A DNA stretch of 64,000 nt, taken from assembly GCA_963827355.1 (NCBI GenBank), contig CAWHAS010000002.1, positions 63,493 to 127,492 on the forward strand. The letters run 5' to 3'. This DNA is from an uncultured Gemmatimonadaceae bacterium (lineage in GTDB: Bacteria; Gemmatimonadota; Gemmatimonadetes; Gemmatimonadales; Gemmatimonadaceae). The notes under the pieces are model-generated. The model worked only from the letters and a program-made list of their open reading frames with translations, did no database searches and was not told the origin of the DNA. A program made the position numbers and the translations under genes. This document shows positions 1-11,352 of the stretch, piece after piece (the first letter of the stretch is position 1; each line of letters opens with the position of its first letter).

Positions 1-252
1 GCGGCGGGCGACGATGATCATCCAAATGAAGTTCAGCGCAGCAACGAACCACGCGGCGGCGAACACGGGAACGAAGTACCGGCCGTGCAAGTCCATCGTG
101 AAAATTGGCACAGTGACAATGACGACCTCCAGTGCGGCGAAGCCCAGCGCGAATGCGAACTTCGACCAGCTCCAGACGCCCGCGCGCTCCTCGTTGCGAA
201 TCCCGGTAACAATGAAGACGATCTGCAAAACAACAAAGAGCGGCCACCACAT
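1..252 (-). CDS. Integral membrane protein, N-terminal part only (gene runs off the left edge)
   Basis: My own minus-strand translation starts at ATG 252-250, preceded by GAGGAA. It reads MWWPLFVVLQIVFIVTGIRNEERAGVWSWSKFAFALGFAALEVVIVTVPIFTMDLHGRYFVPVFAAAWFVAALNFIWMIIVARR with no stop before position 1. The sequence contains hydrophobic helices. It is absent from the ORF track because no stop lies in the window. Confidence 0.45.
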   Translation of the reverse strand, partial: MWWPLFVVLQIVFIVTGIRNEERAGVWSWSKFAFALGFAALEVVIVTVPIFTMDLHGRYFVPVFAAAWFVAALNFIWMIIVARR

Positions 253-283
253 AGGCGATTCCTCGGGCTACGAAAGCAGGATA

Positions 284-1443
284 CTACGGCTGGCCGTTGC
301 CGTGGACCTTCGTGTTCTCGGTCCAGTTGCCGGAGAGCGCGCCGTTGGGGTTTGCGTTGGGATCGTTGGTCTGGTACCACTGGTTCTGCCCATTGGACCA
401 TGTGTGGCTGTATGAGCTCGACACCTTCACGGTGCCTCCGGAACCGGTGACAGTCTGCTGGTCGAGTGAGTAGTCGACCCAATCCGAGGCGGCGGTGGTG
501 CGGGCGTTCATCGCGTCAATGGCACCATTCTGAGAGCTCCGAAAGGACGACTCCTGTTGCGCCATGAAGGCCTCATGGTTGCGCTGCGAGGTGGCCATGA
601 AATCGTCGGACTGCTTCTTCAGCATTGCGGCGCTCGCCTGCTCCTGTCGTGTGAGATCGCGCATCCTCTGTTGATTCTTCTGCGCGTTCGTCTGCAGGAC
701 TCGCTGCAACCACGCGTCCTCGTGCGGAGTGCGCACCAAATCGTGCGCGTCGACCTCGGCAATGAGCGCGTCGAGCTTGCCCTTGGGAGCGCGCAGCACA
801 TCCACGTGCGCAGAGCAGCCGCCGCCAGCACCAAGGCCGGTGCGATCGCTCACGCGGCACTCGACGTAGACGCGCAGGCGCTGCTCAATGACGAAGGAGC
901 CGTTGTGAGTCTCCACGCGGACGGCGGCAGCGCTCGCAGAGCCGTGGATGTCAGGGGAATGTGGTTCATGTTTTGTGCGACGCCGTCCACACGTTTCTGG
1001 TACGACGGCGCGATCGGCGCGGGCCCGACCACGTGCATCCCGCTCGTGGCGATCATCTCCTCGTAGTGCTTCAGGAATTCTGCCGCGGTTAGCGTGTGAC
1101 CGAAATCCAGGCAGCCGGTGGGATGGAAGTTCGGCGTGTTGGGATGGAAGGTCCAGTAGAACGTCGGCATCAAGCGAATCTCGGAGAGACCGTCGCTCGC
1201 GTAGGCGCGGAACACCGGGAAGGAAATCTGGCTGCACTCCGGTCCGGGCAGCACCGTTCCCTGGAACTTCCATCCCGCGGGGACGGTGATCGTGAACGCC
1301 TTGATGCCGTAGGCGGGATCAATGATGGGAACGGCGGTGAGGTCCTGCGCCCCTGCGACCTGGGCGAGAGGAGATAGCAGGACGATAAGTCCGGCTGCCA
1401 AAGCGACAGCGCTGACGTGGGCCCGTACGGACGACGAGGGCAC
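284..1443 (-). CDS. Secreted hypothetical protein, reading frame broken once
   Basis: ORF 850..1443 starts with a signal-peptide-like segment (VSAVALAAGLIVLLSPLAQVAGAQD). ORF 284..1273 is collinear with it. Protein-like sequence switches frame at the G4 run near 954-957 (..AQNMNHIP / PDIHGSASAAAVRVETHNG..). The C-terminus is Gln/Asn/Ser-rich. No family was recognised. Confidence 0.5.
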
Positions 1444-1551
1444 GATCCGAATCTCCGCGAGAGATACGGGATACTGCTAGGCGGGTACACGCATTGGCAA
1501 TCCGCCGCTCTCGCGAAGCTTTCTTGACCCTCGAGCGACCCTCCCGCGATC

Positions 1552-4233
1552 CTAGTCGTTCCTCAACGTGCTTGCCGGATCGACGCGCGCGGCGCGCCTC
1601 GCCGGCAGCCAGCACGCGATCAGCGCCACCAGCGCGAGAATCAACGGCACGCTGAACATCGTGGCAGGATCCAATGCGCCGACGTTGTACAACTGCGACT
1701 CCAGATATCGCCCCGCCGCCAGAGCGCCTGCGACGCCAACCACCACGGCGACGATCACGACCTCCAATCCCGACCGCAGCACCATCTGCACTGCCTGGCT
1801 TCCGCGCGCACCCAGCGCCATGCGGATCCCGACCTCGTGCGTGCGCTGCGCGACGCTGAACGACATCACACCGTACACGCCGATTACTCCAAGCACGAGT
1901 GCCAGCGCAGCGAAGGCGCCGATGAGTTTGACGGAGAGCTTCGTTGGCGCGAGGTCGCGCAGCACGAGTGCATTGATGGTACGCACCTTCCACACCGGCT
2001 GATCGGGATCGACAGACCAGATGGCTTCGCGCAGGGCCTTCCCCATTGGCTCCGGATCTCCGAGCGTGCGCATCGCGACACTCGCGAATATTCCGGAGCC
2101 CTGCATCTTGTCCAGATACAGCTGTGGCGAATCGCTCTCGGAGAGCGTCTGTTGCTTCACGCCGCCCACCACCCCAACCACACGCACCTCGAGGTCCGGC
2201 GGGCCGATCAGGCGCACGCTCTTTCCGATCGCCGATTCCCCCGGCCATTCCTTGCTCGCGAACGCCTTGTTCACGATCGCGACGCGCTCGCTGCCGGGCC
2301 GATCGTGCGAGTCGAAGTCGCGGCCGGCGAGCTGCGGAATTCGCATCGTGCGAAAGTAGCCATCACTCGCATTCGTGAATTGTGTAGTGGGCTCCGCACC
2401 GGCGGCGGGCTGCGCATGCCCCTCCGCCACGTAGCTAATGATGCCGAAATTCCCGCTCAGCGGAATCGCATCGATGAACGCCACAGACGCCACGCCAGGT
2501 ATCTCGCGCAGCCGCTCGAGCGCCGCCGACATGAAGAGCTGCACCTTCGCGCTGTCATCGTACTTCGCGGACGGCAGCCTGAATTCGGCCGTCAACACGT
2601 TGTCCGGGTCGAATCCGGTTTCGGTGTGTTGCAGCCGAACCAGCGAGCGCGTGAACAGCCCCGCGACCGCGAGCAACACGATGCAGAGTGACAGCTCCGC
2701 CACCACGAGCGCGTTTCGCGCGTTGAAGCGCCGCGCCGTCGTGCTCTCGGTGCGCGCGCGCAACGCATCCTGCAGGTTGACGCGCGAGCCGAAGAGCGCG
2801 GCCGGCGCGCCGAACATCAGTCCCGTCAACACGGCGATCGCAAAGGAGAACGCCAGCACCCATGCATCGACGTGCACGGGTGTTGCGGTCGCAATCGGCA
2901 GAATGCTGACGAGAGCCTTCACCGCCCAGATGCCGAGCAATACGCCAAGAACGCCGCCGGTAAGCGACAGCAACAGGCTCTCGACGATCACCTGAATGGC
3001 GAGACGCGCGCGATTCGCTCCGAGCGCCGCGCGAAGGGAGATCTCGCGCGCGCGCGTCGAGGCCCGAATCAACTGCAGGTTCGCGAGATTCACGCACACG
3101 ATGAGCAGCACGGCCACGACGGCGCCGAACAGCACGAGCAGCATGAAGCGCGACTTGCCGACCAGCTGCTCCCGCAGATCGATCACACTCACGCTCGGCC
3201 GCGCGCCACTCTGCGGATGCTCGCTCTGCAGTTGCGTTTCAATGGACGCGAGGTCTTTCTCCCCGTCGCGCGGCGCGAGCCCGGGCCTGAGCCGGCCGAC
3301 GGCCCACACCGACGCATCGGCCCGATCGAACCAGTCGCGAGTTGGTGCGGAGGTGACGGGCAACCACACTTCCGCATCGAAGGGATCGAGATAGTCCGCG
3401 GCAGTCACCCCAATCACTACATGCGGGCGACCGTTCAGAATCATCGTCTTGCCGAGGGCATCACGTCGCCCACCGAAACGCGACATCCATGCTGCGTATG
3501 ACAGCACGGCCACCTGTTGGCCGGCACCGAGCGCGGTTTCGTCCTCGCTGAACAGCCGGCCGGCAGCGGTCTTCGCGCCGAGGAGCCTCAGAGTGGACGC
3601 GGTGACAAAGCTTCCGATGACACGATCGGGCCGGTCGCTTCCCGTGAGGTTGACGCTGATCGTGCGCACCACTCCGATGTCGGAGAAGGTGTGATTGCGT
3701 TGACGCAGGTCCACGACATCCGGAAGCGACATGAGCAGCTGCTTCTGCGCGTCGGTCGTTCCCCAGATGCTGACGAGCTGCTCCGGATGCGCATACGGAA
3801 GTGGCCGCAGCAGCAGCGCGTTCACCAACGTGAAGATCGCGGTGTTCGCACCGATGCCCAACATGAGTGTGCCGAGTGCGACCGCGGTGAATGCGGGGCG
3901 CCGCATGAAGCCGCGGATCGCGAACCGAATGTCCCGCAGCAGGGCATCCACGCTGAAGGTCTTGAGCCGCGCGGTGAGTGATGGTTCAACGGACGCCACG
4001 CGAATGGGTCGAGGCGCGCCGTGACGCCACGATGAGAAGAGGCTCGCGAGCGCGTCGGCGCTCAACCGTGCCATCACGCGCACCTGACCGAATGGATCGT
4101 CGCGGTAGCGCGGATCGAGTCGCGCGTCGTCAATGAAGCGTGCAATGTCGTCGGCGTACTGGTCGCGAAGCTCGCGAGGATAGCAGTACGCGAGCAGGCG
4201 CGAGCGTTTCGTCGGACGAGGGTGATCGCTCAT
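1552..4233 (-). CDS. ABC-transporter permease, duplicated FtsX/MacB-type (ADOP-like) with N-terminal cytoplasmic prefix
   Basis: Intact 893-aa ORF with two MacB-like modules, each a TM helix, a large periplasmic domain and three TM helices (e.g. AFTAVALGTLMLGIGANTAIFTLVNALLLRPLPY and C-terminal IRMALGARGSQAVQMVLRSGLEVV). Its ATG overlaps the padR stop (ATGA at 4230-4233). No ATPase gene is adjacent. Confidence 0.85.
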   Translation of the reverse strand: MSDHPRPTKRSRLLAYCYPRELRDQYADDIARFIDDARLDPRYRDDPFGQVRVMARLSADALASLFSSWRHGAPRPIRVASVEPSLTARLKTFSVDALLRDIRFAIRGFMRRPAFTAVALGTLMLGIGANTAIFTLVNALLLRPLPYAHPEQLVSIWGTTDAQKQLLMSLPDVVDLRQRNHTFSDIGVVRTISVNLTGSDRPDRVIGSFVTASTLRLLGAKTAAGRLFSEDETALGAGQQVAVLSYAAWMSRFGGRRDALGKTMILNGRPHVVIGVTAADYLDPFDAEVWLPVTSAPTRDWFDRADASVWAVGRLRPGLAPRDGEKDLASIETQLQSEHPQSGARPSVSVIDLREQLVGKSRFMLLVLFGAVVAVLLIVCVNLANLQLIRASTRAREISLRAALGANRARLAIQVIVESLLLSLTGGVLGVLLGIWAVKALVSILPIATATPVHVDAWVLAFSFAIAVLTGLMFGAPAALFGSRVNLQDALRARTESTTARRFNARNALVVAELSLCIVLLAVAGLFTRSLVRLQHTETGFDPDNVLTAEFRLPSAKYDDSAKVQLFMSAALERLREIPGVASVAFIDAIPLSGNFGIISYVAEGHAQPAAGAEPTTQFTNASDGYFRTMRIPQLAGRDFDSHDRPGSERVAIVNKAFASKEWPGESAIGKSVRLIGPPDLEVRVVGVVGGVKQQTLSESDSPQLYLDKMQGSGIFASVAMRTLGDPEPMGKALREAIWSVDPDQPVWKVRTINALVLRDLAPTKLSVKLIGAFAALALVLGVIGVYGVMSFSVAQRTHEVGIRMALGARGSQAVQMVLRSGLEVVIVAVVVGVAGALAAGRYLESQLYNVGALDPATMFSVPLILALVALIACWLPARRAARVDPASTLRND

Positions 4234-4583
4234 GCCGGCGCCTGCAGCAGCTGCTTGCGGCGCGCAAGTGCGACGACTGCGTCCAGGCGGGCGAGCTCGC
4301 GCACGAGCACGCGCTTGCCGAACGGCGTGAGCCGATAGTAGCGACGACGCTCATCTCCGTCCTCGCGGCGCCGCGTCGCCACTTCTTCCACGAGCTCGGA
4401 GCTCGTCATGCGTAGGATGGACCCGTAGAGCGTGCCGGGCCCCATGCGCACCTGCCCTTCGCTCATCGCCTCGACCTCCTGCGCGATGGCGTAACCGTGT
4501 CGCTCGCCGTCGGCGAGTGCGAGCAGGATGTGCAGCACCGCGGGCGTGAGCGGGAGCAGGCTTTCGGGAGTTTTCTTCGTCAT
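4230..4583 (-). CDS. PadR-family transcriptional regulator
   Basis: Winged-helix PadR signature: LTPAVLHILLALADGERHGYAIAQEVEAMSEGQVRMGPGTLYGSILRM. I prefer the start at ATG 4583 (MTKKTPESLL). The ORF track's upstream start at 4625 is possible. Confidence 0.85.
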   Translation of the reverse strand: MTKKTPESLLPLTPAVLHILLALADGERHGYAIAQEVEAMSEGQVRMGPGTLYGSILRMTSSELVEEVATRRREDGDERRRYYRLTPFGKRVLVRELARLDAVVALARRKQLLQAPA

Positions 4584-4770
4584 GGGCGCCGGGGACAGGG
4601 ATATATCCGCGGTGGATATATACATCCGTCACGGTAGTAGATGCAAGAGCGGTCGATACTCACGTCGTCCGGCTTCACGATGTTGTGTGCATCCGTCTCC
4701 TCCTTTAGTGGCTATCCGCACTCCCGAGCCATAGATTCGGCGGCGTCCCCACCCTCACACGGCAGTCGCC

Positions 4771-7700
4771 ATGTCGGATCTCCGATCGCGCCTCGAGGAA
4801 TCGCTCTCCGGCGAGCTACACGATCGAGCGCGAGCTCGGCGGCGGCGGCATGTCCCGCGTCTTCGTCGCCGAGGAGCACCGGCTGGGCCGCAAGGTCGTC
4901 GTGAAGGTGCTCTCGCCCGAGCTCGCGGCGGCGATGTCCACCACCCGCTTCGAGCGCGAGATCCGGGTCGCGGCCTCGCTCCAGCAGGCGAACATCGTGC
5001 CGGTGCTCTCGCCGCGGGCGACGTCGACGGGCTGCCGTACTACACGATGCCGTTCGTCGAGGGCGAGAGCCTTCGCGCGCGGCTGGGGCGCGGGCCGGTG
5101 TCGATCGCCGAGACGGTGGGCATCCTGCGCGACGTCGCGCGCGCGCTCGCCTACGCGCACGAGCGCGGCGTCGTGCATCGCGACATCAAGCCCGACAACG
5201 TGCTCCTCTCCGGACACACCGCGGTCGTCACGGACTTCGGCATCGCCAAGGCGATCGCGGCGGCAGCCGAAGCGACGTCGGGCGCAACGCTCACGCAGCT
5301 CGGCACCGCGGTCGGGACGCCGGCCTACATGGCGCCCGAGCAGGCAGCGGGCGATCCGGCGACCGATCATCGCGCCGACATCTACGCGTTCGGGTGCATG
5401 GCGTACGAGCTGCTCGCCGGGCGTCCGCCCTTCTCCGGCCTGCCGCCGCACAAGCTGCTCGTCGCACACATGAGCGAGATGCCGCGGCGGTGGAGTAGCT
5501 TCGCGCCGACTGCCCGCCGGCTCTCGTCGCTGGTGATGCAGTGCCTCGCGAAGGATCCGGCGTCGCGCCCTGAGAATGCGACCGAGTTGCTCCATCGTCT
5601 CGACGCCGTCGCGTCGCCCTCGGGCGCTGCAGCGCCGCGATGCCGGCGATCCTGATCGGCGGCCGCGGAATGCTGAGGCGCGCGTTGGCGGTATACGCCG
5701 CCGCGTTCGTCGGCGTCGCCATCGTCGCGCGCGCGGCGATCATCGCGATCGGTCTTCCCGATTGGGTGTTTCCGGGTGCGCTCGTCGTCATGGCGCTCGG
5801 GCTGCCGGTGATTCTGTTCACGGCGTACACGCAATACGTCTCGCATCGCATGGCGATCGCGACGCCGACCTACACGCCAGGTGGCACGCCGTCGCTCGCC
5901 GGCATGCAGGGCACGATGGCGACGCTGGCGATCAAGGCGAGCCCGCACATGTCGTGGAAGCGCGCGACGCGCGGCGGCATCATCGCGGTGAGCGTGTTCG
6001 CGCTTCTGGTCGCCGGCTGCATGACGCTGCGCGCGCTGGGCATCGGGCCGGCGGGTTCACTGCTGGCGTCCGGAAAGCTGTCGGCGAGCGACAAGGTGCT
6101 CGTGGCCGCGTTCGATGCGCCGGCGGCGGACTCGTCGCTCGGCTCGACGATCGCCGAGGCGGTGCGAACCAATCTGTCGCAGAGCCGCGCCGTGCACGTC
6201 GTGCCGACGAGCGCCGTCGTCGCCGCGCTCGAACAGATGAAGCGGCCCGACACCGCGCGCGTGGACCTGGCCACCGCGCGCGAGATCGCGCAGCGCGCGG
6301 CGCGAAAGCAGTCGTCGCCGGGAGCGTGGTGCCGGCCGGCGGGGGCTACATCGTCACCGCGCGACTCGTCGCGGCCGAAAGCGGCGACGAGCTCGCGTCG
6401 TACCACGAATCGGCGAAGGACGCGGGCGATCTCATTCCGTCGGTGGACCGCGTGACGAAGTCGCTGCGCGGGAAGATCGGCGAGTCGCTCAAGGCGGTGC
6501 GAGAGGCGCCGCGCGCTCGACCAGGTGAGCACCGCGTCGCTCGGCGCACTCCGTAGCTACGCGGCGGGGCTCCATGCCAACGACGTCCAGGGCGACTATC
6601 AGGCCGCGATCGAGTACTTCCACGATGCCATCCGGCAGGACAGCACCTTCGCGATGGCGTACGTGCAGCTCGCCTATTCGTTGCAGACACTCGGCGGTCC
6701 TGGGAGGCGGGCGGAAGCAAACGCGGCGCTCACTTCCGCCTTCAAACTGCGCGACCGGTTGCCGGAACGGGAACGGTACAACGTTGAAGGGGCGTACTAC
6801 TACGCGGCGACGCCCGATCGGAGGAAGGCTATTCCGGCTCTGCGGCGCGCGGTGGAGCTCGACTCGACGAACATCGATGCCGCCAATACGCTGGCGACCG
6901 CGCTCAGCTGACACGCGCGACTATGCCGGCGCCGAGCCGCTGTACAGGCTCGCGATCTCGGACGATCCGAATAACGCCACGCTCCTTACCAATCTCGCGT
7001 CCATGTACTCGCAGATGGGTCGACACGGCGCGGTCGACTCACTGCTGGCGATCGTGGCGAGCAGCAACACGTCCTTCTCGACGGCGCCGACGCACTTCCT
7101 GGATCTCTGGAACCGGCGCGACTACGACGGCGCGCAGCGCCTCGCCCACACGATCGCCGACACCGCAAAACCGCGCGTCGCCGTGGACGCGAACGACGGG
7201 CTCGTCGCGATCGACGTGACGCGCGGCCGGCTGCGCGAGGCCGAACGCAGGTTCGCGCAGGTGAACGAGGCGAAGGCCCGCGTGCAGGGTGATACTGTGA
7301 GTCCGCAAGACGTCGCGTTCTTTCACGCGATGTTGGACGGCCAGCTCCGTGGCGATGCGCCTCGCGGGCTCGCAGAGCTCGACGCCTCGCTCGGCACAAC
7401 GTCAATGACCTCCGTTCCGCTCGCGAAGGACGAGAGCATGGTCTTAGCGGCGGGCTACGGACGTCTCGGTGCCGCAGCGAAGGCGCGAGAGTTGATGACT
7501 CAGCACGAAGCGAGGCTCGACACCCTCGGACGTAATCGGGATGCGGTACAGCTGGCGCGCCTTCACGGATGGATCGCCCTGGCCGAGAGGAAGACCGATA
7601 GCGCTGTCGCGTACTTCCGTCGCGGCGACGCCGAGGCGGACGGATTGCCGACGAGCAGCTGCACCGTCTGCACGCCTCTTTTCATCGGTCTTTCCTTCGA

Positions 7701-7968
7701 CCGTGGCGGACAGGCCGACTCGGCGCGCGCGTATCTGACCCAGTACGTCGAGATGAACGGAAACGGTCACTATTTCGTGGATCGCTTTTACCTTGCGCCG
7801 GCGCTGTTTCGTCTGGGCGAGCTGTACGAAAGCGCGGGTGACGCGAAGCACGCGACGGAGTACTACGGTCGATTCATCGATCTCTGGGCGAACGCCGATT
7901 CGGACTTGCAGCCGCGCGTCGTGGAGGCGCGGAAGCGCATCGATCGGTTGAATCGCGCGACTCGGTGA
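4771..7968 (+). CDS. Ser/Thr protein kinase with TM segment and C-terminal TPR region; frame broken about 6 times
   Basis: Hanks kinase motifs are present: YTIERELGGGGMSRVFVA, VVHRDIKPDNVLL, DFGIAK, GTPAYMAPEQ. The protein continues collinearly through ORFs 4771..5655, 4850..5473, 5640..6455, 5576..6556, 6525..6911 and 6574..7968. Approximate frame switches are at 4815, 5020, 5635, 6310, 6520 and 6905. The C-terminal part is TPR-like (AIEYFHDAIRQDSTFAMAYVQLAYS..). Confidence 0.75.
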
Positions 7969-8002
7969 GGGTAGGTGGCGAATTGCATCGACCCGGCGGT
8001 AG

Positions 8003-8377
8003 ATGAGCAGCGACATTACGCGACTCAGTGAGAGTCTCGCCGACCGATACCGCATCGAGCGCGAGCTCGGCGCCGGCGGACATGGCCACGGTGTACCTCG
8101 CGCACGACCTGAAGCACGACCGCGACGTCGCCATCACGACGCGCTCGGCCGCCTGATGGTGGTCGACGTCGGCTCCGGTGACGACCTCGAGGTCGGGGAA
8201 CCCCGGGCGCTGTTCTCCCTCGCGGGCTACCGTCGCGCGCGCAATCGTCCGGAGTACGACGTGGCGCCGGGCGACCAGCGGTTCCTGATGATCAAGGATC
8301 CGCCGCTGGCTGCGACTCCGTCGGTTGTGTACGTGGAGCACTGGTTCCCGGAGCTGCTGGCGAAGGTAAAGAGGTGA
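8003..8377 (+). pseudogene. Remnant of a Ser/Thr kinase / beta-propeller protein (N-terminal ~35 aa joined to C-terminal ~75 aa)
   Basis: It begins LADRYRIERELGAGG, followed after a 1-nt shift by MATVYLAHDLKHDRDVAI (kinase subdomain I-II). It then jumps directly to a typical C-terminal tail: VVDVGSGDDLEVGEPRALFSLAGY..PEYDVAPGDQRFLMIK..VVYVEHWFPELLAKVKR. The catalytic loop and the bulk of the protein are missing. The junction is near 8125-8150. Confidence 0.6.
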
Positions 8378-8559
8378 GCGCAACCCGGTCGCCGTAACTA
8401 TGAACGCGCTCGGCTGCAAGCGTTGGGGCCGGAGCTTCTATCGGGGGGGATCCGACCGCGCGCGTGTCAGTGGACGCCTGACGGCGCACAGCGGTAAGGC
8501 CGGCGATAGTGCAGTGCCTGACAATCGGCGAAGTAGCTCGTCGAAAACAGGAGGCAAAC

Positions 8560-9027
8560 ATGGTTACCGTTGACCAAGCTGGCCAATCGCCTCTAGCGGA
8601 TCTGAGGACACGCGATGCCGCCCGAGTCGACGCGTGCTGGCCGCACCTCCATGTGGAGCTTGTGCAAGTCACTTCGGACGCGGCGGGAGAGCGCGCTCGC
8701 GCCTTCGTGCAGCTCGGCGGACTGACACCGGCCGATGTGCGGGTCGAACTCGTGCGTACCCGTTCAGGCGCGACTCCCGCACCTGCCACGCATGAGGAGC
8801 ATCGGATGTTCAGCAGCCACGCCCTTGGAAACGGGGGCTTCGTGTTCGAGGCGGGGCTTCCGGATCACGATGCGTCGAAGCCAGAGGAGTGGCTGATTCG
8901 AGTGCACCCGAGCGAGACGCTCGAGGAGCCGCGGGTGGAGTACCGGTTCGGAGTGAATCGCGACACGCTAACCGTCGCACAAGGTCCCCCTCTCCGACTG
9001 TCACGCAGTCAGCGTGCCGTCGGGTAG
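8560..9027 (+). CDS. Small protein resembling only the C-terminal domain of alpha-glucan phosphorylase (GlgP, DUF3417-type)
   Basis: A strong AGGAGG (8550-8555) sits 4 nt before ATG 8560. The segment WPHLHVELVQV..ARAFVQLGGLTPADVRVELVR..GGFVFEAGLP..EWLIRVHPSE matches my recollection of the last ~150 aa of GlgP-type phosphorylases. No catalytic part lies upstream. It could be a fragment or a stand-alone domain. Confidence 0.45.
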   Translation: MVTVDQAGQSPLADLRTRDAARVDACWPHLHVELVQVTSDAAGERARAFVQLGGLTPADVRVELVRTRSGATPAPATHEEHRMFSSHALGNGGFVFEAGLPDHDASKPEEWLIRVHPSETLEEPRVEYRFGVNRDTLTVAQGPPLRLSRSQRAVG

Positions 9028-9225
9028 TTCTCCGGAAGCTCGTCTCCACCATGTGCCGATCACGCAGATTCCAGGAGGAGACGCGACTGCGAACATGGCC
9101 CGGTAGTATCGCTCAGCGTTGGCGACGAGCCGCGCATTCTTAGATCGTGTCGCGCTCAGCGGACCTTTGCCAGGCGAGTGCGGACGAACGAGAAAGAAGG
9201 ATCCCGACGCGGAGATCCTGCTGAT

Positions 9226-11338
9226 TCAGCCCGCCGCCGACCTGACGAATACCACAACAGACCGAGCGCTGACTTGGTAGTCGTTCGCTTCAAGCCGCGC
9301 CTCTTCACCCGGTACACGAAAGTCGTCCGGACTAGGCCGCGACGTGTCGATCACGCGGCGCCACTCTGCCGCGGCTCCCTCCTGCACTCGCAACGTGGCG
9401 GTCTCTTGAGTGGCGTTGATCATCACATAGAGGTCAGCGTCGCGCTCCGACAGTCCGTGCAGGCAGAACGCGAGGCGTGACGCGTCCGTCGAGTGAGCGT
9501 CGTCTCGGCCAACATCGTACCACCGCACATCGTCCCGCCAGAAGCGGGAGCGCGCGAGTGATGGATGCTGTTTGCGGAACGCGATCGCGAGCTTCACGAA
9601 GCGCCGCATGTCGGCAAACTCCTCCACACGCCGCCAATCCAGCCACGTCGTCTCGTCGTCCTGGTTGTAAGGGTTGTCGTTGCCGCGCTGCGTCTGAAGG
9701 AACTCGTCGCCCGCGCGAAGCATTGGCGTTCCGTTGGCAAGAAAAAGCAACGCCACGAAGTTCTTCGCCTGTTGAAGTCTCAGGCGGGTCACATCGTCGG
9801 GTACGTCTTCGTCCCCCTCCCAACCGCAGTTCCAGCTGAAGTTCTGCGGCGGCCCGTCCGTGTTCTCATTCCCGTTGGCCCAATTGCGCTTGTGATTGAA
9901 CGACACAAGATCGTAGAGCGTGGGGCCGTCGTGGCAGGTAACGTAGTTGACGCTCTGCGGCGGCCGGTACGCGTGCATGCGATCGTCAGGAAAGAGATCG
10001 TCACTGCCGTAAAGGCGTTGTGTGATCGGAAACGTCGTTCCCGGGTCTCCGCGCAGGAAGCGCCGAACGTCGTCGCGAAACGCTCCGTTCCACTGGTGCC
10101 ACGTCAGCCCGGGAAACCCGCGCCCGAGCTGGTACGCCCCCGCGTCCCACGGTTCGGCGATGAGGCGCGTGTGCGCGAACTCGGGATCGGCGCTGATCTC
10201 TCCGAATGATCGATGGCTCGTCGTAGCGAAGCGCCCCTTCCAAGTCGCGCGTATAGATCGAGGCCAGATCGAAGCGAAAGCCGTCAACGCCGAGCCGAAC
10301 CCAGTGACGCATGCTGTCGAGAATCATCTTCCGCACCATATGGTTCACGCAATTCATCGTGTTCCCGGTGCCGGAATAGTCGGCGTACGGCTGCCGCGCG
10401 TCACCCGTCATTATGTAGTAGGTGCTGTTGTCGATACCCTTGTAGCTGTAGACTGGGCCGGTGCGCCCGCCCTCGGCCGTGTGGTTGTAGACCACGTCCA
10501 GCACGACTTCGATCCCGGCGCGGTGAAGTGCGTCCACCATCTCACGGAACTCGCGATGCCCAGCGCCGGGATCGGGCGCGCACAAGTACTGGTCGTGCAA
10601 GGCGAAGAAGCTCAGTGGCATGTAGCCCCATCGGTCCAATGCGCCGCGATCGTACTGAAAGACCGGCATCAGTTCGACGATCGTCACGCCCAGATCCACG
10701 AGATACGGAATCTTCTCGACGATCCCGGCGAACGTGCCACCTTTCTCCGCACTCACACCCGAGCTCGGGTGCCGGGTGAAGTTGCGGACGTGAAGCTCGT
10801 AGATGACCGCGTCAGCTTCGTGAAACGTCGCACGAGTTGGTGCCGCGGATGCAAACTCGTCAGTTCCCCCCGGATTTGCCGGTGGCATGACGCCGAGTGG
10901 CGCGCGCCCCGCATTCGATCCGCGGCCGACGGCGGCATCACGGTCAAACGCCGGCGGAAAATAGACAGCATCAGCGTACGGGTCGAGCAGAATCTTCTCC
11001 GAATCGAACATGTGCCATTCGACCCGTCCCGACGGCAGGGGCCCTGCCACGGAATACGCGTAGTACCGCGCGCCACGCAAATCCGCCTCAGTCACTCGGC
11101 AATGCCACACACGCCCGGACTTATGGTGCTGATAGTCAAGCTCGAAGCTCGCGGCCGGGTTTACGAGGTCGTCCTCCCTGTATGTGAGGAGGACCACGCG
11201 TTCCGCGTGCTTCGAGTACAGCGCGAAGTTGTAGGCCGATTCCCGCGCCACCCAGGTCACACCGAGCGGAAGCGGCGATCCCTCGCGTTGCGCCCACCCG
11301 CCAAGGGTGGCTGGCCTGGCCAGTGACCACATGTCCAT
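9226..11338 (-). CDS. glgX: Glycogen debranching enzyme (isoamylase, GH13), frame broken once
   Basis: GH13 motifs: GFRFDLAS, LIAEPWD, NYVTCHDGPTLYDLVSF. The N-terminal E-set region reads GSPLPLGVTWVARESAYNFALYSKHAERVVLLTY. ORFs 10001..11386 and 9226..10287 join near 10200-10210 (..YDEPSII / GEISADPEF..). The start is ATG 11338, with GGAGG 7 nt upstream. Confidence 0.85.
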
Positions 11339-11352
11339 GCGTTCCCCTCCAT

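Noticed and set aside
14-415. Plus-strand ORFs 14..415 and 85..450 at the left edge
   Set aside because: Their composition is odd (Thr/Ala/Lys runs) and there is no RBS. The minus strand gives a convincing hydrophobic membrane protein starting at 252, and the C-terminus of the 284..1443 gene.
1319-2248. 309-aa Arg/Gly-rich ORF and many similar ORFs overlapping the permease gene
   Set aside because: These are typical alternative-frame artefacts of high-GC DNA (Arg/Ala/Gly/Pro-rich, no motifs). They lie fully inside a strongly supported 893-aa gene.
8509-8559. Upstream GTG start for the GlgP-C-terminal-like ORF
   Set aside because: ATG 8560 has a near-consensus AGGAGG at ideal spacing, and the 17 upstream codons add no recognisable sequence.
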